From Candidatus Poseidoniales archaeon (GTDB lineage Archaea; Thermoplasmatota; Poseidoniia; Poseidoniales; Poseidoniaceae): a stretch of DNA of 64,000 nt. A program made the position numbers and the translations under genes. Of the stretch, positions 38,246 through 46,434 are shown piece after piece. Where the stretch lies: the NCBI GenBank assembly GCA_038144595.1, contig JAYQOB010000008.1:151871-215870 (forward strand). Reading direction: 5' to 3'. The notes beneath the pieces are model-generated. The model saw nothing but the letters and a program-made list of their open reading frames with translations, ran no database searches and had not been told where the DNA came from. Numbering within the stretch: the stretch's first letter is position 1; each line of letters opens with the position of its first letter.

Positions 38246-40042
38246 TTATCTGATTCACCCCATTGAATAAGGATTGAACAATGTACCAATTGGATTAATT
38301 AAAATTCATTCGCATTAAGCATTCGTTAGGATCATCTTGTGATTTGGGAAATGCTTGGAAAAAAGCAGAGAAATGGCCATCAGAAGATCCTGAACCTTCC
38401 GCATCTGTTGTCAAAAGAAAAGAGAGCGCTTCATCAAACATGACGCAATATCGTTTGGGATTTATTCCAACTCATGATCAAGGACAAGTCTTTCGTAATT
38501 GTTCTCCATGGACTGGGAAAAAAATGCTGGAGGGTATTTCCCGGCACTACGAGGACTTAATGGGTGCATATTGATCCCGTTGAAACCATCTTCGACGATG
38601 TTTCGACCCTTCAGTGGGCTAATGAGATGAAGAGGTGTCAATTTGATTGAGACATCAATCATAACAGATGAGATTAATCAGTCGTCTGGCAAAGGCGTTA
38701 GACAAGTGAAGAAATTCAAAATTCGATATTTCTTGCGAAAGTCAACAAATACTCAATTTGAAGAAAATTGTATTCCAAATTCAGCAACGGGAATGCACAA
38801 ATTCCATTCCTTGGATGATTTCGACTGAGTTTTGATGATTCCAACAAACAAATGCCAATGCATCAAATTCTAATCCGTTCTCGGTTTCTGCTTCCCAAGC
38901 GAGATTCACACTGAATTAGCCGAAACAAATGAACATTTAATTGTGTTGCAAATCCGTTGATATCAAAATCAACATGGCTTATTTTCGTGGTTTGGTTCAA
39001 GAACTCATGCATCAATCATTGTTGCCCATCAAAACATCCAGTTAACAATTTTCAATTTGTAATCACAAGGATTCGCAGGAAAACACCAATTCGTCGATGA
39101 ATTTGCAGCATGTTTAATGCATGGTTCAATCCGTTAATCGTTTTCTTTTAAATTCCATCACCGATGGATTTCGCTCGGCAGAAATGAGCATTTTCCTCAC
39201 GCTTAAACCAATTTTCAACAACAATCCATTGGACATGCTCCCTGCATCGTTCCATTCTTAGCACCAATTCTGATTCAGCGCTAAACCAACAATCATTATG
39301 AAAAAAAATACGTTCACTCTTTGTGATATGGAAAAGCAGATTCCAGATTGAATGGAACAAGAGGACAAGAATGTTGAAATTTGGACATGCTCATACCATT
39401 TCTTATGAAGATTAAAATCTGAACTCATATTGCAAGATTTATTTTCTTAGGGAAAATTGATGTTCCAGATTGAAATTCATCAGGTCCTGTTAATCTCAAT
39501 CCGTCAATTTTGGACTCGAAAACATTGTGTAAGCATGGAGGACTGCTCACTACACAGGAAAAACGTTATAATCTGAGCAGACAGATGAGTGAAAGGATAA
39601 ATTGGTACTCTGCCGGGATTCAAATGATTATCTCCATGGGCAAATCAATTTTTGGATCCGAGGATGGAAAGGAGAAACATCAACGAAGTATCTCTTTCTT
39701 GCTTGACCATTGTATCGGAATTTGGTTCTCATTGGTTTTTTCACACTTTTGGATTCGGGCACGAGTCCAATTCAAATTTTTCTTCGTCCCAATCATGGAA
39801 TGTGAATTTTCTTGTCGTAGTCGTATTGGCAGATCGTTCACTCTCTGGCTCCTGTAAAAACAACTCCAAAACAAGTGGCGAGAATACCTCTTCATTGGAT
39901 AAAGGGAAAAAAACGACATAAGCACATGGCTCACAATTTCTTGGAATTTAGCAAAACAAAAATCGATTCTTTTCGTCATGTTTCTGCGGCTTGCATTGGC
40001 GAAATCCGTTGATTCAATCTTTATCTAACCGAATGAGGGTCA

Positions 40043-40100
40043 ATGCACAAACCCACTGATTCGTTTTGACCTCATCAGAGGGCTCGCAGTGGGCTTTGTC
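40043..40100. repeat. right terminal inverted repeat of the AT-rich island
   Basis: Reverse complement matches 38190-38245: aaagccc..tgcgagccctctgat..ggtcaaaacgaatcagtggg. Confidence 0.7.
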
Positions 40101-40214
40101 ACTAGCCTACCGTCTGCTTAGGTCTCCACGTAGCCGGATCTTTGAGTGAGGAGGTTCCCCTCCGTCACGGCTGTGCCTTGAGAGAGACGGCGGCAGGGCG
40201 TCGAGTTGGTGAAC

Positions 40215-40538
40215 TCAGAGTTTCTCATCGCTGTTGGTCATGAAGTTGCCTTCACTGTCAACGATGATGGGCGTTCCCTCGACCCACTCAGGGCAGTTCT
40301 CTGACACCCAGGTGCGGGTGGCCCATTCACAGATGTCATAGCCGCCAGACAGGATGCCGGAGCGCTTGATGTAGCCGACCTTGACGATGTCCTTGTCCTT
40401 GGAGAGCACGTTGCCCAGCTGCTGGCTGGTGGTGCCATGACGCATGGTGCTGTTGATGTACTCCAGAATCTCTGCAGTGTTTCGTGGTCGATCGCCTAAG
40501 AATTTCTTGATTTTTTCACGGATGCGTGTTGTTTTCAT
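40215..40538 (-). CDS. small winged-helix (wHTH) DNA-binding protein (107 aa)
   Basis: TAEILEYINSTMRHGTTSQQLGNVLSKDKDIVKVG helix-turn-helix-like segment. Intermediate GC. Abuts the right IR of the island. Confidence 0.45.
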   Translation of the reverse strand: MKTTRIREKIKKFLGDRPRNTAEILEYINSTMRHGTTSQQLGNVLSKDKDIVKVGYIKRSGILSGGYDICEWATRTWVSENCPEWVEGTPIIVDSEGNFMTNSDEKL

Positions 40539-40713
40539 GGTTGGTCCCTCCTGTCATTTTTTGAGCGGCCTGATTGGAAATGTGCCACTAAGGTTGAGGA
40601 GCGAGGCCGCTGATATAATGGTTCCTCCTCGGATGAACGATTTGGTTACGTTTGATGACTCAATTGCGGTGTATTTCCAACACTGCGGTACGAATATGTA
40701 AGTTATTTTTCAC

Positions 40714-40724
40714 AGTTCCACTGG
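40714..40724. promoter_or_regulatory. perfect archaeal mini-ORB-like dyad TTCCAGTGGAA (read on the minus strand) in an AT-rich divergent intergenic region
   Basis: gttccactggaaatg. Identical to the canonical origin recognition box core bound by Orc1/Cdc6 in Sulfolobus and Pyrococcus origins. Confidence 0.45.
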
Positions 40725-40808
40725 AAATGTATAACTAAATTTAACTTCAAAGATTTTTTATTTGCAAAAGCACTGGCCAAACCACTCCCGGGCATGCCAA
40801 GGTGACTT

Positions 40809-43316
40809 GTGATGAAACATCGCACCATCCGATCAACCGCTCAACGCCAAATTCTGGTCTGGTTGCGCCATGGTCCCTCAACGGTTTCAGAGATCGCCAA
40901 GCAATTCTCCATGCGAATGCCCCACGCCTCGCTTGCATGCCGACAACTGAGAGAGGCTGGGCTGATAACACGAGACGAACGCGGAGGGCTTCGAAACGCG
41001 CCCATCTACCTGAGCCAGTTCGGTCATGAACGGCTCGAAGAGGACGCGCTCGGAAAAATGCAGCAGTATGCGGGGGCTCTCGCCTCATCTCGCCATCCCT
41101 TGGTGCTTCATGCCGATGAGACCAACGTGCTCCTTGCTTACATGGAACCCCCTGAATCCTCCTTCGTTTTCGTCGGCGAACGACCAGGTGATGGCTCCAC
41201 TTCCTCCAGTGGAAATTTAGGGGGGGCGTGGGTCTTGGCGCCACGCGATGCTGTCACGTGGTACACGCTCAGTGATGCAACCGTTTCTGCACCTCCTGCG
41301 CCGAGAGAATCCAGCACGCTGGCAGCGTTTGAATTGACGCAACAACGCATTGGTTTGGTCCGTGGCGTTGTGCTCGAGCAGCGCGGCCATCGCGGTTTGG
41401 TAGAAGGGCAGTCGTTCACCATGCGTGCACGACCAGGCCTGCCCGGCCCCTCCTTCCTCTCACAAGGTGAAGTTGAGATTGGCACCTTACCGGGGTTGAA
41501 CGAAGGCTATGCACCGTCCGGCGGACTCTTGGCCCACCTTCGGTCCGCTGCCCATCGAACCTTGTTGCTTGGAAACATCACGCATGGCGCCTTTGCGCTC
41601 AGCGACTGTCCTTCCTCCTCACCTGTGCCGTTGCCGTATGCTGTCCTGCTGCACTGGCTTGCATTGAAACACCCGCGCATGGCGTTGGCTCGGCGCCAAG
41701 AACGTTATCTTGAGTTGGTCAAGGAACTTGAGACGAAGGTCAACCAAACGACCTCATCGCTCATGCGTTCACTTCTTCTCGAGTTCGGAGAGCAACAATG
41801 GACCCATGATGTGTTGCGGCCCGGTTGGTTCAACACCCACGGTGTGGGTGAGCGAGCCGTTGTGGCTGTGCTTCACCACGTCATGGAGGTGGGTTGGCTT
41901 CCATTTGTGATGGATTGGGCCTTTGAACAACCGAATCCTCCAGTTTTGTCTCGTTGGCTCACCCACCCGGCCTGCAGAGCGGTGGTGACGCGCCATGGTT
42001 CTCTACCCGAATCAAAGGGGAGCGCCCTGTTGGTTGACGGTCAAGACTTGGGTACGGTTGACGTTGAGTTGAGCAGATCGGTGAAGTTTGACCTCAACCT
42101 GAACCTCGACGAGGTGGAGTCGAATGCTTCTCGCCAACGAATGGATGCGGTGCCGAGCAACGCAGAAGAGTTGTTGACCGCCTCAGTTCGTCATCCAGAA
42201 CAGGTGTTTTCGTCGCCTTCACCGGAGGGATTGACTGGTCAGCGCCTCACCGAAGCGCTCCACCTGTTCCCGACGGGCGATGAGGGCAGAGCCAATGAGC
42301 TGGAATCCACCGACCCACTGGCGTCGTGGATCGCCTCGCCTCCGAAGCATCGTCCTGCCCGGTGGATTCGTCTGCGAGACCGCCTTCCCGGCGGTTGGGT
42401 TGAACTGATGCCCGTCCACGATGTGCCCTTGGCCGATCTTCCCTTTGCCTTGGCTTCAGGCGGGCGTTCATGGCGGCGTCAGGCACTCCAGCGAATTCAT
42501 GCCGAGGCAGCCCACGACATCACCACCGTGCTGCGCTGGCGTCAGCATCTCCAACCGGACGACGGGCATCGTTTTGCTGTGGCCACCTGCATGCTATGTT
42601 CGCTCACCCCTTCGCTTTCAGAGCATGTTGCTCTGTTCGAGGACGCTAGTCGTGCATGGTTTGAGGCTCCCATGAACGAGCAAGATGTGTTGGAATGCCT
42701 CTTCGGGCCGTCCACAACGGGTCACGATCAGGCCTTGCTTCAGCGGTGGATGGACCGTTCCATGCTCCAGCCAAAAGGTTCCATGTTGCGTGCGTGGGCC
42801 ATCGGGTTGGGCATCGCCCAACGCCAGGAACCATGGCTGCCTGAAACAGAGCGAACCCTCATGGAAGTGCTTCCCTCGACGTGGTGGTCACCTTTTGCGC
42901 AGCGTTGGCTCACGACCCAACTGTCCAGTCAAACCGGCCGCACGTGGCTCGCCAACTTCGAGTGCAGTTGGCCTGCCTTGTTGGCCCGAGCCCACGGCGA
43001 GCGTTCCCTCTTCCCCGGCCATGCTGGTGAACACCCCGGCTTCACCCTTGACTCCACCTCGCTTCTTCCGGTTCAACTTCTGCCTGAGGGGGTTGGTAAG
43101 GCGGCATTGACGGACGTGCACGCCATGGTGCATGCGCTTGAACAGGGCGCGCCGGTCCCGGTCCTCTCGACGCATCCGTCGGCGGGTTGGCTGGTCCGTC
43201 CGGTTGAACAATGGCCCGTGTTTGGAAGGGATGTCATGGCCGTGGGGGACCCGGACATCGGCGAGGTGTTGTTCACGCGGAGCTTCCACGCCCGCCATCT
43301 ATCCTCACGCCGATGA
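40809..43316 (+). CDS. large hypothetical protein (835 aa) with an N-terminal winged-helix DNA-binding domain and no recognisable catalytic motif
   Basis: STVSEIAKQFSMRMPHASLACRQLREAGLITRDERGG (ArsR/MarR-like wHTH) at residues ~20-60. The remainder is Leu/Ala/Arg/Trp-rich with no Walker motifs. Confidence 0.55.
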   Translation: MMKHRTIRSTAQRQILVWLRHGPSTVSEIAKQFSMRMPHASLACRQLREAGLITRDERGGLRNAPIYLSQFGHERLEEDALGKMQQYAGALASSRHPLVLHADETNVLLAYMEPPESSFVFVGERPGDGSTSSSGNLGGAWVLAPRDAVTWYTLSDATVSAPPAPRESSTLAAFELTQQRIGLVRGVVLEQRGHRGLVEGQSFTMRARPGLPGPSFLSQGEVEIGTLPGLNEGYAPSGGLLAHLRSAAHRTLLLGNITHGAFALSDCPSSSPVPLPYAVLLHWLALKHPRMALARRQERYLELVKELETKVNQTTSSLMRSLLLEFGEQQWTHDVLRPGWFNTHGVGERAVVAVLHHVMEVGWLPFVMDWAFEQPNPPVLSRWLTHPACRAVVTRHGSLPESKGSALLVDGQDLGTVDVELSRSVKFDLNLNLDEVESNASRQRMDAVPSNAEELLTASVRHPEQVFSSPSPEGLTGQRLTEALHLFPTGDEGRANELESTDPLASWIASPPKHRPARWIRLRDRLPGGWVELMPVHDVPLADLPFALASGGRSWRRQALQRIHAEAAHDITTVLRWRQHLQPDDGHRFAVATCMLCSLTPSLSEHVALFEDASRAWFEAPMNEQDVLECLFGPSTTGHDQALLQRWMDRSMLQPKGSMLRAWAIGLGIAQRQEPWLPETERTLMEVLPSTWWSPFAQRWLTTQLSSQTGRTWLANFECSWPALLARAHGERSLFPGHAGEHPGFTLDSTSLLPVQLLPEGVGKAALTDVHAMVHALEQGAPVPVLSTHPSAGWLVRPVEQWPVFGRDVMAVGDPDIGEVLFTRSFHARHLSSRR

Positions 43317-43709
43317 GTTGATATGGAGTCGGCCAAAGGCCACATTACCGTACCTGCAACATCAGGCTGAGCGACTGTGAAATGAGCAATGACGTCTGAC
43401 ACCACGTGTACGGCCGCAATCGAAGACTGGGACGACCCTTCGGGGAGTGACTTCCGGTGCAAATGCGGTAAACCATCGGTGGGTTATGGGTCCTTGTGCG
43501 ACGCAAGAATGAACGCAAGACAACCACCTTACCGGACAGTACGCCCCGACACCGAGGGTCAGGCCTCGGAGGAAACTGTGAACAAGGCCGTTAGGTGTTG
43601 GGGCACAGTCCCATGATGCCCCTCTCAGCGGGAGACGGGGCGATGACCTCAAAGGCCCGTGGCTGAACCAGCCTTCATGGGAGAGGCGCCCCGCTTCAAC
43701 CGATGCTTG

Positions 43710-44694
43710 GTGGGCGGTACCTTTGACCGCTCATGCCGGGCATCGTTTGCTCCTTGATGCAGCAGTGCGTGCAGCAGCGCACGTCGAGGTCCACATCACG
43801 AGCGACAAGATGGCTGACCAGAAATCGGTGAACATGCAGTCGTTCGAAACGCGTCAAGACGAGGTGCTCAATTGGGCAGAACGCCATGCACCGCGCCGGG
43901 TTTCTGTCCACGAATTGTCCGATGTCCACGGGCCTGCTCCTCATCATCCCGAAGCCGACTGCATTGTCGCCACACCGGAAACAAAAGCCGAATGCGAGCG
44001 CATCAACCTCAAGCGTGTGGAGCATGGCCTTCCGCCCCTCCACATCGTGGAGGTCGCACATCTTCGGGAGGTTGACGGCGCCATCATCAGTTCAACTCGC
44101 ATTCGAAACGGTTTGGTGGACCCGGACGGCCACCCATGGATGGCCGCAGCATGGAGGCAGGCCGTGCTTCGCATGCACCCGAGGGCCGAACCCGAACTCA
44201 AATCTCCCATGGGGACGCTCTACAAAGGCCCTGAATCTTCACCTGAGATCGCCATGTCGGCGGCCCTTGAGGACCTTGACACCTCCGAAGTGATTCTCAT
44301 CGCTGTGGGCGACGTGACCGTCGCCACGTTGCTGTCGATGGGGGTGGTTCCCGACATGGCGTTTGTCGACGGGCAAACCAAGCGCCAAGCCCTGGACGAG
44401 GAGGACCAAGTCGACCTGTCAAAGTTCCCGCATCGGCTTGGCGCCACCAATCCGGCTGGGGTCTTGACACCAGATTTGCGAGCGGCCATTGAGCAAGCAT
44501 CCACCTTGGAAGAGCCCGTGGTGGTGGTGGTGGATGGCGAGGAGGACCTCGCACCGCTGTACATTCACCTGCATGTGCCGCTCCACGCCGTGGTCCTGTA
44601 CGGCCAACCTCACACCGGCGTGGTGGTTCAGCCCAGCAGCCTTGCGACCAAGATGCGTTGCCGCCGTCTTCTCGAGTTGTTTGAGGTGGAGTGA
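43710..44694 (+). CDS. coaD: bifunctional phosphopantetheine adenylyltransferase (archaeal PPAT) / DUF359 GTP-dependent dephospho-CoA kinase fusion; N-terminus frame-shifted at ~43728-43733
   Basis: (V)GGTFDR is in frame 0 and HAGHRLLLD (HxGH) is in frame +1. ISSTRIRNG (PPAT). The C-terminal half IAVGDVTVATLLSMGVVPDMAFVDGQTKRQ...VVVDGEEDLAPL...VVLYGQPHTGVVV matches DUF359 (COG1909). Confidence 0.65.
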
Positions 44695-45807
44695 ATGGCT
44701 GACCCCTTCGTCTCCATCACCGTGTGCGTACGCGACGGCGCTCACTGGATTGCAGGTTGTTTGGACGCACTCCTCGCGCAAACCTACCCGTCGTTCGAAA
44801 TCCTGGTGGTGAACGACGGTTCAACGGACGATGCTGCGCCGGTGTTGGAGCCCTACCATGACCCCGAGGGGGTGAACGGTGTTCCGCTACGCGTCCACCA
44901 CCAAGCACCCCTTGGATTGTCAGCTGGTCGTCAATGGGCGGTTGAACACGCCAAAGGTGACTGGGTGGCCATCACCGACATTGATGTACGCCCTGAACCG
45001 GACTGGATCACCAATCTGGTGGCCCACATTCATCCCATTGACGAGCGGGAGAAGGTGGTCGCCGTGACGGGTCGCACCGTATTTGAGCAAGCCAACGACC
45101 TCGTCAGTCGCCTTCGTTCGGTTGAAATCGCTGCCAAATATCGGGCTCGCCCCCGAAGGACAAGTTTAGCCAACGGCCCCTGTTCAATGTTCAATCGAGA
45201 AGCCCTCATGGAGGTTGGTGGGTTCGACCCCTCGTGGTACCACGCTGAAGACATGGAGGTGAGCCTCCGCCTTCTTCAGGCAGGAGGGACCATCGTCTAT
45301 GCCCGGGATGCGCTGGTGAAGCACGTGCCCGAAAGCGGTGCCGCTCATTTCCTGGCCAAACGTCGCCGAGACGCTCGTGCGCACGTCCGAATCGTTCGCC
45401 ACCATCCAAAACGGCAACGCAGCGGACCGGGCTTTGATTTTCTAGGCAGTTCCACCATGGTGCTGTGCTTGCTTCCCCTCTGGCTTGCTATCCTCGTATC
45501 GGGTGCACCGTTCCTCCTCGGATTGCTCACCGGGCAATTTGGATTTGACCAAACTGCGTTTGACCATTGGGAGGCTCGTGTGTTGCTTGGAGCCTTCCTT
45601 TTGCTTCTCGTTCACGAATTGCTTCTCTGGCGTGGTCGGTTGGGGGTGGTGAACCGTGAAGTCATGCGCTCGGCACCCACGAACAAGGTTGTCGCTATGC
45701 TCGGCGTTCGCCGTCTCACGTTCCGTTGGAGTCTCGCCCTTTGGCACGGCTTGTTGCTCGGGTTGATCGATGCCCTTCTCGGGCGAAACGGCCACCGTCG
45801 GTCGTGA
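44695..45807 (+). CDS. family 2 glycosyltransferase with a C-terminal TM region
   Basis: ITVCVRDGAHWIAGCLDALLAQTYPSFEILVVNDGSTD (GT-A N-terminus), a DxD-like motif, and hydrophobic C-terminal helices. Confidence 0.7.
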   Translation: MADPFVSITVCVRDGAHWIAGCLDALLAQTYPSFEILVVNDGSTDDAAPVLEPYHDPEGVNGVPLRVHHQAPLGLSAGRQWAVEHAKGDWVAITDIDVRPEPDWITNLVAHIHPIDEREKVVAVTGRTVFEQANDLVSRLRSVEIAAKYRARPRRTSLANGPCSMFNREALMEVGGFDPSWYHAEDMEVSLRLLQAGGTIVYARDALVKHVPESGAAHFLAKRRRDARAHVRIVRHHPKRQRSGPGFDFLGSSTMVLCLLPLWLAILVSGAPFLLGLLTGQFGFDQTAFDHWEARVLLGAFLLLLVHELLLWRGRLGVVNREVMRSAPTNKVVAMLGVRRLTFRWSLALWHGLLLGLIDALLGRNGHRRS

Positions 45808-45813
45808 GCCGAC

Positions 45814-46434
45814 TCAATCGATGTTTTCGTCGCCAGGTGGGACGCGGCTGGCGTGATTCAAGGCCACACCTGCTGCCATGAGGGCGATGGTGACCGAATA
45901 CACGCCAAGGTCAATCCAGCCCTTGTTGGCGAAGCCGAAGTAGAGGTAGAACGCAAGGCCGAGCAAGAGGCACCATGCTGCCATGGTTCGCTGGCCACCG
46001 GCCACCGAGGTGTCGTTGAGGGCCGTCCACGTGTCGTTGATGAGAAGGCCACGGAACCAGTCGGCGACCGGTTGTTGTTGGTTGATGGTCCGGGTGCCCA
46101 AGGCGATGAGGCCTGCGCATCCTGCGATGAAGATGGTGTCGCCAAGGACCTCATAGTGGAAGCCATCCTTTGCCTCACCAAAGGCGGCGTTGGTGGCTTC
46201 GAAGGTGAGCAGGCCGCCCCAAGAGACGTGGTAGGTGGGGTGAATCATGCCAAACATGTTCAGAACGGCGAGCACCAAGCCCCAAAGGCCAACGCACACC
46301 ATCACGGACGCATAAACGGGCACCTTTCCGGTGGTGGATTGGGCGGTTGCATCGTCGCTCATGGGCCCTGCGACTTGCGAACTGCATTTAAGCACACCGA
46401 AACGGGCGAACGCTGGAGGAAACCGCCACCTCAC
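45814..46434 (-). CDS. hypothetical integral membrane protein
   Basis: 5-6 TM helices. Its start overlaps the orc1 stop. Confidence 0.4.
   Translation of the reverse strand: MRWRFPPAFARFGVLKCSSQVAGPMSDDATAQSTTGKVPVYASVMVCVGLWGLVLAVLNMFGMIHPTYHVSWGGLLTFEATNAAFGEAKDGFHYEVLGDTIFIAGCAGLIALGTRTINQQQPVADWFRGLLINDTWTALNDTSVAGGQRTMAAWCLLLGLAFYLYFGFANKGWIDLGVYSVTIALMAAGVALNHASRVPPGDENID

Larger units (their letters stand above)
38145..40110. other. ~1.9 kb AT-rich (~35% GC) island with no convincing ORF, bounded by inverted repeats; candidate replication origin or integrated-element remnant
   Basis: Abrupt composition change against ~60% GC flanks. Only short ORFs (<=115 aa) with no recognisable similarity. 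Contains repeated motifs (see findings). Confidence 0.7.

Noticed and set aside
38344-39921. Short ORFs inside the AT-rich island (76, 61, 70, 115, 89 and 99 aa)
   Set aside because: No recognisable domains, and they overlap each other and the repeat motifs. No transposase/integrase/Rep signatures. They are described in findings but not called as genes.
43317-43709. SRP (7S) RNA or RNase P RNA in the GC-rich gap
   Set aside because: The helix-8 GGAAG/AGCAG and RNase P P4 AGGAAAGTCC signatures are absent. It is kept only as a low-interest unexplained gap.
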